A stretch of DNA of 20,956 bases from Candidatus Heimdallarchaeota archaeon (GCA_048881705.1 JBHLSH010000058.1:1-20956), one strand, 5' to 3'; numbered from the stretch's first letter, positions 5,954 through 15,094 are shown. Made by a program: numbers and translations. The notes: generated from the sequence alone by a model not told the origin.

Positions 5954-7817
5954 AATAATATTCACCCCGGGTCTTTTGCTGTCGATCTAGTTTTGAATCA
6001 AGTTTATTGACCCGTGGGCGTCCCGTTTTTAAGTCACGACGAAATGTTATTTTGATATTGCCCAAAAATCGATTCATGCCTGACCTTACGGCTGAGGGGG
6101 GGTACGCTCGGCCATACTCTCCAGGAGTCCCCAAAAACACGATAATACGATCGCTGGCGTAGTCTTGAAAGATTATATCATGTTCCACAATGAAAGCGGC
6201 CGCATTTCGGGTTTGAATTATCCTACGGATCAATTTAGCGGTTGTTAGCCTGTCTTCTATCGACAGAAATGCTGAAGGTTCATCAAAGAGGTATAGATCC
6301 GCATCGGTTCCTAATGTCGCTACAATCGCCACTTTCTGCATTTCCCCACCACTCAGCTGCACAATGGGTTGCTCAAGTATATTAGGTAAATCAAATGGCT
6401 GAAGAATCTCACTCCGAAATTGGGAGGTTGTAACTATGCCGCCGCTATATCGGGTTAGAAACTCTTCAACAGTTAGTTCTGTATCAAGAGAACTGGCCAC
6501 GTATTGAGGTTTGTAAGCTACACGAAGTTTTGTGTCCTGTTTTTCTTCCTCCTCCTCCTCCTCCTCCACTTCCTTGAAATCTTGGCCTTTTCTAGTTAAG
6601 GTGACTCGATCAACGGTTCCCGAGGTTGGCGATTCTAATCCAGCCAGCATTTTAATGAAGGTCGTTTTTCCGATTCCATTTGGCCCCAGTATGCCAATAA
6701 TTTCGTTCTGGTGAATCGTCCCACCTCGTACATCAAGTGAAAAGTGGCCTTCGTCATATACCTTTGTTAAATCTTGATATGTTAACAGGGCTTTGGATAC
6801 AATTTGCTTCTCTCTTACCGAGGATTTTTTGATTTTTATCGAATATTCTCGAAATCTCATATTCTCTGAGGGTATGAATCCATCTAAGAAGACATTAATT
6901 CCCTCTTTTTCTGTGTAAGGTTGCGATACAATTCCATATGACGCAGGCGTTCCATAGAAAGTGGTAACATAGTCAGATAAGTAGTCCAAGACGGCCAAGT
7001 CGTGCTCAACCACAACCACTGTCTTATTTGCGTCCAATAATCCCCGGATTACCCTTCCCACTCTAAGGCGTTCATGAATATCCAAAAACGAAGTTGGTTC
7101 ATCGAACAGGTATATATCCCCTTCTCGAGCCATGGCCACAGCGATTGCAAGTTTCTGCAATTCTCCGCCAGAAAGTACGCTCACATCACGCTCCCAGATT
7201 TTTTGAAGCCCTAGGGACTCTTTCAGATCAACCAATACATCACGTTCATTGAAACGTGTCAAAATTTCACGAACAGTACCTTTCACATGTTTGGGTATCG
7301 TTTCAATATATTGGGGTTTACGTATGCATCGAATCTTGCCTTCAACCATATTTTGAAAGTGATTCTGCAACTCTGTCCCCTTATAATAATCTCGTACTTT
7401 ATCCCAAGTGGGCTCCCCCTCGAACATCCCAAAATTAGGAATTATGTCTCCTGATATAATTTTTATGGCCGTACTTTTACCCGTTCCGTTTTGACCCACC
7501 AAACCGTTGACCTTTCCAGGTTTAATCATAGGTAGCCGGAAAAGTGAGAAACCGCTCCTCCCAAAACGATGGGTCATCTCCTTATCTAGACGTTCAGGCG
7601 TATTCACGACCGAAAGTGCAAGAAAACGGCAACCCTTTCTCGTTGTACAAAGCCCACATCCCGTGCAAAACTGTTCATGAATGATTGGTTGCGTTACGCC
7701 CCGAATCTCAAATTCAATCATTTGTGTACCAGATCGAACAACTGGACATATCGTCATACATTCCTGGACACATCGCTTTGGTTTACATTTATCTGAGTCT
7801 AAGACAACGATTCTCAT
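5943..7817 (-). CDS. abcE1: Ribosome recycling ATPase ABCE1 (Rli1)
   Basis: N-terminal Fe-S Cys motifs, two NBDs (GQNGTGKS and GPNGIGKT; LSGGELQ and LSGGEMQ; DEPT and DEPS; EHD), and C-terminal FRRD...GRPRVNK. Confidence 0.97.
   Translation of the reverse strand: MRIVVLDSDKCKPKRCVQECMTICPVVRSGTQMIEFEIRGVTQPIIHEQFCTGCGLCTTRKGCRFLALSVVNTPERLDKEMTHRFGRSGFSLFRLPMIKPGKVNGLVGQNGTGKSTAIKIISGDIIPNFGMFEGEPTWDKVRDYYKGTELQNHFQNMVEGKIRCIRKPQYIETIPKHVKGTVREILTRFNERDVLVDLKESLGLQKIWERDVSVLSGGELQKLAIAVAMAREGDIYLFDEPTSFLDIHERLRVGRVIRGLLDANKTVVVVEHDLAVLDYLSDYVTTFYGTPASYGIVSQPYTEKEGINVFLDGFIPSENMRFREYSIKIKKSSVREKQIVSKALLTYQDLTKVYDEGHFSLDVRGGTIHQNEIIGILGPNGIGKTTFIKMLAGLESPTSGTVDRVTLTRKGQDFKEVEEEEEEEEKQDTKLRVAYKPQYVASSLDTELTVEEFLTRYSGGIVTTSQFRSEILQPFDLPNILEQPIVQLSGGEMQKVAIVATLGTDADLYLFDEPSAFLSIEDRLTTAKLIRRIIQTRNAAAFIVEHDIIFQDYASDRIIVFLGTPGEYGRAYPPSAVRSGMNRFLGNIKITFRRDLKTGRPRVNKLDSKLDRQQKTRGEYYYEQ
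6543..6566 (-). repeat. (GAG)6(GAA)2 trinucleotide tract encoding E8 in ABCE1
   Basis: The plus strand has ttcttc followed by (ctc)6. Confidence 0.9.
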
Positions 7818-8013
7818 TTTAATACAACATTTTACAGGTTTATATGAAACTCCACTATAACTATATTAAGTGAAGAATCCTGTTTTTACGCCATACAGTA
7901 CGGTAACTCTCATGTCGCTTAATTCAGGGTGAGTTTAGAAAGATTTGTATGCAAAGACGATAATGTTGGGTATTACTCGAAAAGTTCAAAAGGGAAAAAA
8001 GTCAATGTTTCTC

Positions 8014-8388
8014 AGAGCACCGGAGCAGAAGTCTGACTTCCGGGTCGTTTGGACGACCTGAGGAAATTCCGGCCATTCATCTCTGCTGAACAGTTGGTAA
8101 GAACCTCTATGAGGCCTTATCGCTGTCAACCGAGAGGTTGGGCTCTGCTACAGAAACGACACGTCCCTGTTCATACGGCAATGATGGAGTGAAACCCATG
8201 GTGACATGTGGTGAGTTAATCTCCTGAGGACGAATAGGGGATCGGTGAAACGAGCATCCTCAGTGAATGCAAGCAAAATCAGGTTCCTTGAGACCCTGAC
8301 AAAAAGCGCTTAGGTTGATGTCAGAAACTCCCGTGGGGTAACCCAAAGGAGTGAACAGAAGCCGGATTACTCTTTGGAACGGTGCTCT
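8014..8388 (+). ncRNA. rnpB: RNase P RNA (archaeal, type A-like)
   Basis: P1 AGAGCACCG(8014-22)/CGGTGCTCT(8380-88); CR-I GAGGAAATTCCGGC (8060-73) pairing with CR-V AACAGAAGCCGGATTA (8354-69); ACAGAAA (8150-56); GGTGAAAC (8244-51); P5 CATTCA/TGAATG; P9 GAGA tetraloop; P3 hairpin 8043-58. Confidence 0.93.
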
Positions 8389-8400
8389 TCTCTTTCTTTC
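8388..8400 (+). terminator. Pyrimidine/T-rich terminator after rnpB
   Basis: TTCTCTTTCTTTC immediately after P1. Confidence 0.45.
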
Positions 8401-8489
8401 ATAAATTTTGACTGTTTTAAGGCAAATCTCAAAGATCATATATATTTTCAAAGAGATTCGAATCATTAATTCATTGGAATCTGAGATTA

Positions 8490-9020
8490 TTAGGATTTTC
8501 GGACGTACTGAAGTTCAATCACTCCATTGGGATAATCAACGCTTTTCACAAGTTTTAATGGAACTTCATTATCTTGAGGAACGAATAATGGAATTCCGTC
8601 TCCCAAAAGATGGGGGACAATATAGATTCTGTATCGATCAATCAGGTTTTGCTTGATAAAAGCCTCTATCATCGATCCTCCTCCGACTAGCCATATATTC
8701 TTTCCATCCTTCCGCTTTAATCGAGAGACGAATTCCTCAATTTGTGTATTGACGAATGTTACATTATCATCTTGACCATCTTTGGTTCTAGAAAAGACAT
8801 AACACTCTTTCCCCTGATAGGGAAACATCGTGTTCCTACTGGAAATTTGGTCGTACGTTTTGCGTCCCATCAGGACGGTACTAACATTCGAAAAAAATTC
8901 TGTAAAACCGTACCCTTTAGCTCCAGGTGGTGCCCAATCAACGTTACTTTCTATATTAGCAATATAACCATCCAAGCTTGTTGCAATGTATAGGACAACT
9001 TCTCTTGACATTTCGTTCAC
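8490..9020 (-). CDS. Dihydrofolate reductase-like (RibD C-terminal domain) family protein
   Basis: LYIATSLDGYIA, VLMGRKTYD, IWLVGGGSMI, LIDRYRIYIVPHLLGDGIPLF. Confidence 0.9.
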   Translation of the reverse strand: MNEMSREVVLYIATSLDGYIANIESNVDWAPPGAKGYGFTEFFSNVSTVLMGRKTYDQISSRNTMFPYQGKECYVFSRTKDGQDDNVTFVNTQIEEFVSRLKRKDGKNIWLVGGGSMIEAFIKQNLIDRYRIYIVPHLLGDGIPLFVPQDNEVPLKLVKSVDYPNGVIELQYVRKS

Positions 9021-9453
9021 ATCTTATGCAAAAAGGCACTCTTTCTCTTGATCTGGATCTAAATGTTATTAATCCAATTCAATACGTTTGAAGGTTGTTA
9101 ATTAGGGGCACCTCCATCCGTAGGATCTGACGTATGAGCTGCTGGCTTTACACTTTCAACCTGCAAATATCGTTACATACTTAATTTAAAAAATGATGAG
9201 GTAACCAAATCGTAATCGTTCAGTTGCAGGACTTCTGTCCTATATGGGTGTAGGTAACTCATTCAGAAATCATGGCAGGGCTTTTCTATTGAGGATGATA
9301 CGGGGTGGACCATAAGTCTATTACTTCTTGCTTCTTTTCAGCCTTACACGATGAAACTTGTCTCTATCATTGGCGTACCCTTAAAAGGAGCATGATTCGG
9401 ATGTAGAAAAATTTATAGGATAAATTATGAGATAACCCTGAGCAAGAAGAGGT

Positions 9454-10854
9454 GTGAGAGGTGATAAATATTTGAAGATAGGTAAAAGCGCCCGTCTTCT
9501 TCTCCCAATTTTGTTATCAGGCGTCGCCGTTCTAGTAATACCCTCATCAATAGAAATCACTGAATCGTTCTATATTCAGAGTGTCATCTACTCAGAATTT
9601 GACCAAGAAATCCATTATATCATCTGCTATCGTTTTTCAACCCCACAAGACTCAACTGATCATCTTTATCATGTTCATAAGTCAAAAGCAGGACAGTGGT
9701 CGCGACCAAAGAAATTAGATTTTTATCTGGGCGAATTCCTATCACTTAGCTCGAATAATAAGGGAGTTCGATTGTTTGCAGGGAAAACTTTTGATCAAGC
9801 AGTGCCTGCAAATCCCCCTCTAATTCCGAATGCTCTCTTTTCTGTGGGTACAGGTCTTTATGAATATGTGTTTGACCGAACAGAAGAGGAATGGAAATCA
9901 CAATTGATTTTTGACACACAAAGCATAGGGGTTTTGCCCACCAATGTTTCTGTGTTTGGAACGATATACGGGATTCTTCTCTTTGACAACAACAGCCTAT
10001 TTATCACTTGGGGAGACTTACATTCTGATGCAACGTATCTAACTTACTTAGCATCTTCTGATGACTCTGTTCACACATATGAAATTGGTTCTAGCTGGAT
10101 TAGAGCAATCATTCCTGTTAAAGAAACTAACAATCAATATTATGTGTATTTTGATGAAAAGGAGGCGGTTGACAATTTATCACGTTCCACCATTCTCGCC
10201 AATTTCACAATGAAACCCCCAGAAAAGCTCTCTTTTGGGTTTTCTGAGTTTTATGGCTGGCGTATGAAAAACAATTATCTAATCGCTCTTTCAGAGACAA
10301 ATTCTGACCTTTTTTGGAATGTACGGGATCTGGCTGCTAAAGAAATTCCTGTAACTGTTCTTCCTATGAATTTTAACAGAACTGATTTTGCATTTGGCCC
10401 TAGACCAGATTGGGCGGTCTGGGAAGACAAGATAACTGATTCAGAGTCCATCATACTTGCAAAAGTTAATCTAAAGGAGAAATCTCTGGATTTCTGGCAA
10501 TACAATATTGATCTTGGTGAGCGCTTACTTCTCGGCAGTCGGGATTTACAGGATTCCGTGAGTCATGGTATGGACCCATATTTGAGGGTTATCGACCTGG
10601 GGGAGTCAATAAACGCTTTCTGGAGGCAAGAAGTGGCCCTCGGTGAATTTGACGCTTTTTATGCGGAATTTAATAAACAGAATAGGAGTTTGAGCCCAGT
10701 CATCAGACTGGCTCAACTTCTTGATTTTAGCGATGCCAAGAACCCCGTCCTTCTTCACTCATGGCAAGTTCGATTTTTCGATTCTTCAATAAGAATTGTA
10801 ATTGGTTGGGGAATTCTAACCGCAGTAGTAATAGTCTATCGAAGAAATGAATGA
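9454..10854 (+). CDS. Hypothetical secreted, C-terminally anchored beta-rich (possibly propeller) protein
   Basis: 466-aa ORF with an N-terminal hydrophobic signal and a C-terminal TM helix followed by RR. No family recognised. Confidence 0.7.
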   Translation: MRGDKYLKIGKSARLLLPILLSGVAVLVIPSSIEITESFYIQSVIYSEFDQEIHYIICYRFSTPQDSTDHLYHVHKSKAGQWSRPKKLDFYLGEFLSLSSNNKGVRLFAGKTFDQAVPANPPLIPNALFSVGTGLYEYVFDRTEEEWKSQLIFDTQSIGVLPTNVSVFGTIYGILLFDNNSLFITWGDLHSDATYLTYLASSDDSVHTYEIGSSWIRAIIPVKETNNQYYVYFDEKEAVDNLSRSTILANFTMKPPEKLSFGFSEFYGWRMKNNYLIALSETNSDLFWNVRDLAAKEIPVTVLPMNFNRTDFAFGPRPDWAVWEDKITDSESIILAKVNLKEKSLDFWQYNIDLGERLLLGSRDLQDSVSHGMDPYLRVIDLGESINAFWRQEVALGEFDAFYAEFNKQNRSLSPVIRLAQLLDFSDAKNPVLLHSWQVRFFDSSIRIVIGWGILTAVVIVYRRNE

Positions 10855-11028
10855 GGGATTTTTAGGACCCAAGAGAATCTTACGGAAGATCATGGTCATA
10901 AATGTTTAAAGCGTGGGTTGGAAGGCTGGCATTCCACCGATAAGAAAGTAGGCAAACACGGAAATCGACTCCACCCAGAGCGATTCCGCCTTTTGACAAT
11001 CCATCCAATGATTGGGACATCCCGAAAA

Positions 11029-12105
11029 TTATAGCGCGAGTCCCATTTTCTTCTCGATATACCAGGGATTTTCCATAACAAATCGACCATACCTTGCGAG
11101 CGACTCGGTCATTGGAACCTGATATTGAAAGCCAAGTTTCGTTATCTTTTCGCCATCTATCAAAATATCCTTCCCCAGATTTTGGAATAATTCAGGTATC
11201 AATATAGATCTTTCTTGTGGACGTTTGAATTTTCGTACGACTTTGGCGACAAGATTCCCGGCTCGAAAGAGGGTAAGAGGGATTGAAAATACCCTTACGT
11301 CATCTTTTTGCAGTGCTTGACCCAAACTCGTGACAAAATCGCGAATAGAGGTCACTGTCCCAACCAAGTTGTAGGCTTCGCCATTTCCCCGCGCGTAATC
11401 TGTGAAAAACATGATAGCTCGGGCCACGTCATTTACATCAACCAAACTGATTTTATCAAGGCCTCCACGAGGTAGTGGAGTGTACGGGGTAGATAACATC
11501 CTACTAAACATGTCTAGGGTGTATCCGGGGCCGCCAATTATACCTGCAGGTCTAAGAATAGTGATGAGTCGATCAGGGTGATCTTGTAAGTAGTCTTTAA
11601 CCAGTGATTCCCCAAAAGCTTTCGTTCGTTCATACCCTAGCGTTTCCGATGGAGTCACAGGGAACTCTTCCGTGACTGCTTTTCCATTTTGACCATCGTA
11701 ACTACCATAGACTGCGACCGAAGACACATAGATCATTTTGCGAAGCCCATGATATTCGAAAGCTTGCAGAATCTTTTGAGTTCCTTGAACGTTAACCGTA
11801 TATAGCTCTTCATACGGTTCCCAAAGATTAAATATCGCCCCACTGTGTATCAATACAGAATCTTCTGGATCGGTTACTGAAGTAAAGCCAATTATCGACA
11901 TAGTCTTTTTCAGGTCCCCGTAGAAGATTTCTACTCCCCGTTGACTACACCAACTCAAGAACTGCTCACGATACGGATTTCTCTTTCGTTTTCGAACTAA
12001 CAATCGGATTTTTTGCGGCTCGCGGGCGTACGGAGTCTGGGTAAGAAGATGCCGTACCAATGCTTGACCAACTAAGCCCGTAGCCCCAGTTATCAAAAGA
12101 GTCAT
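11029..12105 (-). CDS. NAD-dependent epimerase/dehydratase (extended SDR); probable start ATG 12105
   Basis: LITGATGLVG, NVQGT, YVSSVAVYG, YERTK (YxxxK), LRPAGIIG. Confidence 0.9.
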   Translation of the reverse strand: MTLLITGATGLVGQALVRHLLTQTPYAREPQKIRLLVRKRKRNPYREQFLSWCSQRGVEIFYGDLKKTMSIIGFTSVTDPEDSVLIHSGAIFNLWEPYEELYTVNVQGTQKILQAFEYHGLRKMIYVSSVAVYGSYDGQNGKAVTEEFPVTPSETLGYERTKAFGESLVKDYLQDHPDRLITILRPAGIIGGPGYTLDMFSRMLSTPYTPLPRGGLDKISLVDVNDVARAIMFFTDYARGNGEAYNLVGTVTSIRDFVTSLGQALQKDDVRVFSIPLTLFRAGNLVAKVVRKFKRPQERSILIPELFQNLGKDILIDGEKITKLGFQYQVPMTESLARYGRFVMENPWYIEKKMGLAL

Positions 12106-12313
12106 ATAGACCACTATGGTGATTTTGAAGTTAGAGCAATAGAAAATATCCAACTTCAGATAAAATCACCCTAGTTCTTGGCCTAGTGATCTTTAATAAA
12201 TCATATATAGCCAAGTCTGGACATTAATAGTCCAGTCTAAACTGATTTTTACAAAATATTTTTATTTTAAATCGATATGGTTTTAATAGGCCTGTCTATA
12301 TACGCTATTAAAA

Positions 12314-13507
12314 TCACTCGGAATGGGAAGTCAAGAGGTCTACACAGTTTTCCCAAACCCCAGTTCCTTGCAGTTCTTCCCGAAGTACTTGGAGATATTG
12401 GGTATTTGCTTCTTGCACGAGTGCGGGCCGATCCACATCTTGAGGTCCAACTGAAGGGTCATGGATCAATGTGCTACCTTTAATATTGTAGGTATTTTTA
12501 CAAAATTGACGCCAATCTTCAGGGGTTTCCGTGGGTAGCTCCTTTCCTAGCACTCCTGCTAAAGTGGTCAACCATACACGGGCTACCGAATCAGGATTAT
12601 ACCCTCCCCCTCCCAACATCAATAATTTTCCTTCGGCATGCGATTGTTGACTTAATTCAGCGATTCGTTGCCCCAAATGCTGATACGTCTTGGTAGTTAA
12701 GTTCAGATGACCTAAATAATCTCGATAATGGCCATCGGCACCACATTGCCAGATCACAAACTCAGGGTCGTATTCATTAGATAGACAGGGGACTACTTTT
12801 TCGAACATCTTGATGTAAAGATCGTCCCAGGTTGCTGGGAATATCGGTACGTTAATGGTGTAACCGCGGCCAATTCCTTCGCCAATCTCGTTGGAAAAGC
12901 CGGTTGCAGGAAAAATAAATTGGGGAGACTCATGAATAGAAATCCCCAAAACTCCCTGGTCTTCGTAAAACGCATCCAATACGCCGTCACCCGCGTGAAC
13001 ATCAGTATCGATATATAAAATCCGTTCCAAATTGAACTTTTCCTTAAGATATTTGATGATAATAACGACGTCGTTATAATAACAGAATCCTGCGGCTCGC
13101 TGGGCGAATGCGTGATGAAGTCCTCCTAGAAGACTGAAAGCAATCTTTACATCCCCATTTTGGATTCGTTTAACCCCTTCTAAGGCACCGCCTACAATGA
13201 TCCTAGAAATCTCGTGCATTTCTGGAAAAACCGGACAATCGCCAGTTCCCAGCCCATAACGAAGATGATTCCCGCTGGTCTGAGCACTGTCTTTGACTGC
13301 CTGAACATAGCCAGGGGTATGGAATCGTAGTATATCAGCTTCAGGGGCAGGTTGAGGTTCAAATTGCTTTATACTATGGGTTTTAAAGAAGTTTAAACTT
13401 TCAAACAGTCTAAAGGGGATAACAAGCCTTCTAGGATGCATAGGATGTTCATCTCCGAGCTTGTATCTCGTATATGTTTCTGACCAAATGATTCCTGAAG
13501 GAGGCAT
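12314..13507 (-). CDS. Histone deacetylase superfamily protein (AcuC/class I-like); probable start ATG 13507
   Basis: HPMHPRR, FHTPGYV, GGLHHA...GFCYYND, DTDVHAGDG, SIHE, NVP, QCGADGH..D.LG.L.LT, GGGGY. Confidence 0.93.
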   Translation of the reverse strand: MPPSGIIWSETYTRYKLGDEHPMHPRRLVIPFRLFESLNFFKTHSIKQFEPQPAPEADILRFHTPGYVQAVKDSAQTSGNHLRYGLGTGDCPVFPEMHEISRIIVGGALEGVKRIQNGDVKIAFSLLGGLHHAFAQRAAGFCYYNDVVIIIKYLKEKFNLERILYIDTDVHAGDGVLDAFYEDQGVLGISIHESPQFIFPATGFSNEIGEGIGRGYTINVPIFPATWDDLYIKMFEKVVPCLSNEYDPEFVIWQCGADGHYRDYLGHLNLTTKTYQHLGQRIAELSQQSHAEGKLLMLGGGGYNPDSVARVWLTTLAGVLGKELPTETPEDWRQFCKNTYNIKGSTLIHDPSVGPQDVDRPALVQEANTQYLQVLREELQGTGVWENCVDLLTSHSE

Positions 13508-13644
13508 ACGTTTTAGCACCCACAAGACGAATGACGGTATTACAACCAATTACAGTTAATCTTTTAAATTGGAGGTATCCAGATGGAATATATAATGAAC
13601 ACAAAAACACAAAGATCAGTGTATTAGACAGGGGTGTCCCGCTC

Positions 13645-14223
13645 ATGTCCAAAAAGAATGCGAAAATCAGTGTATTAGGTTTAGATCGAGCTGGTAAGAC
13701 AACCATGCTTCAACGTCTTAAGACAGGACGTTGGATTCCCGACACAACTCCCACTATAGGTATGAATGCCGAAACTATCCAGATTGGAGATGTTACGTTT
13801 TCAGCATGGGACTTAGGGGGGCAGCTACAGTTTAGAAGAGCTCTATGGGAGATGTATACGAAGAACAGCGCTGGATTGATTTATGTCATAGATGTAAGCG
13901 ATCCTGCCCGATATCCTGAGGCCCGGAATAATCTGTGGCGTATGCTGAAGATGAATCATTTACAGAATGTCCCTTTAGCCATCTTCGCAAATAAGGTTGA
14001 TCTAGTAGACTCAGTTACAGAGGAGGATCTGGCGAATTTCATGGGAATCAATAAGAAGATGTCTCGCGTCCTAAATATCTTTAAAACATCTGCAAGGACT
14101 GGAGAGGGCATTCATAAAGGTATCTACTGGCTAGCAGATGCCATTCAAGAAGGAAAACAAATTACAATGGACGTTTATCAGATTAAGTCACTATTCGGTC
14201 GACCTAGTTCCATTTTAGCATGA
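13645..14223 (+). CDS. Arf-like small GTPase; probable start ATG 13645 (SD GGGGTG at 13631-36)
   Basis: G1 GLDRAGKTT, G2 TTPTIGMN, G3 WDLGGQ..FR..W..Y, G4 NKVD, G5 SARTGEGI..GIYWL. Confidence 0.93.
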   Translation: MSKKNAKISVLGLDRAGKTTMLQRLKTGRWIPDTTPTIGMNAETIQIGDVTFSAWDLGGQLQFRRALWEMYTKNSAGLIYVIDVSDPARYPEARNNLWRMLKMNHLQNVPLAIFANKVDLVDSVTEEDLANFMGINKKMSRVLNIFKTSARTGEGIHKGIYWLADAIQEGKQITMDVYQIKSLFGRPSSILA

Positions 14224-14233
14224 ATGATTTCAG

Positions 14234-15094
14234 TTACGGATATCTAGGGATCTTGGGAGTTTTTTGCTGAACATGCCGAATGGCTCTGTAAATCAAATCC
14301 TTATCTTCTGGAAATAGTCTCTCCTCATCGCGCAAAAGCCATCCCTTTGCTTTTGCAAGGAATTTTGCATCCTCGAGAAGATTGGCCTTCAGCAAGAGCT
14401 TGGCCCCTTGAAAAAACTCATTATTCACAATGGTTTTTGGTAGCTCGGTAGATAACCGTCGCATTAAGGCAGAAGCTTCATACTTGTTCTCCCCTAATAG
14501 GGTACAAATCACAGCACACGAATAATTCAATGCTGCATTGTCAATGAATTGCATACCAAGGTGCTTCTCGCCTGCTTCAAGATAAGCTTTCTTGGCCGTG
14601 GAATAGCGTTCACGATCTATCTCTTGAGATGCAGGTGGTGGGGCCTTTTCGTCAGGAGTGGAATGAAGGACATCCTTCCCAAATCCAGATCGGCGCATTT
14701 CCTCGAGGATATCCGTGGCCGGATCATCAGAGAAGGAATATGCCTCTTCATCAATCAGTCTTCGATCTGATCCTGGTAATTCTGGAAAAGGAGGACGAGA
14801 GGAAATATCTTTTGAAAATAAAGGAGGAGGTGTCAAACCGTGGGTTTCTGCGGGGTCACCTGGAGTTATCGGACGGAGAGGAGTGCCTTCCGTCGGTTTT
14901 TTGGGACTAGCCTCCATTCGAGGGGGCCCTTGATAACCAGATGAGGTTCTTGGTGAAAGAGGCTGCGAATCTAGCTTAGGAGGCCCCTTGTATAGGCTTG
15001 GAGTCTGTTCTGCATCTTGATTTGACAAGTTAGGGGGAGCAGGTAAATCCTTCGATTTTTCTTTCTTCTTTTTCCTGCGGAATGAGGGGGACAT
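14234..15094 (-). CDS. Hypothetical protein with a basic N-terminus, a proline-rich disordered region and a C-terminal helical (TPR/SNAP-like) domain
   Basis: RRKKKK, then many PxxP and PPP motifs, then AKKAYLEAGEKH...AALNYSCAVIC helices. Confidence 0.75.
   Translation of the reverse strand: MSPSFRRKKKKEKSKDLPAPPNLSNQDAEQTPSLYKGPPKLDSQPLSPRTSSGYQGPPRMEASPKKPTEGTPLRPITPGDPAETHGLTPPPLFSKDISSRPPFPELPGSDRRLIDEEAYSFSDDPATDILEEMRRSGFGKDVLHSTPDEKAPPPASQEIDRERYSTAKKAYLEAGEKHLGMQFIDNAALNYSCAVICTLLGENKYEASALMRRLSTELPKTIVNNEFFQGAKLLLKANLLEDAKFLAKAKGWLLRDEERLFPEDKDLIYRAIRHVQQKTPKIPRYP

Noticed and set aside
8260-8466. 68-aa minus-strand ORF
   Set aside because: It is antisense to the RNase P RNA.
10896-11090. 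64-aa ORF downstream of the SDR
   Set aside because: It overlaps the SDR end by 62 nt and has no motif. The SDR C-terminus looks complete.
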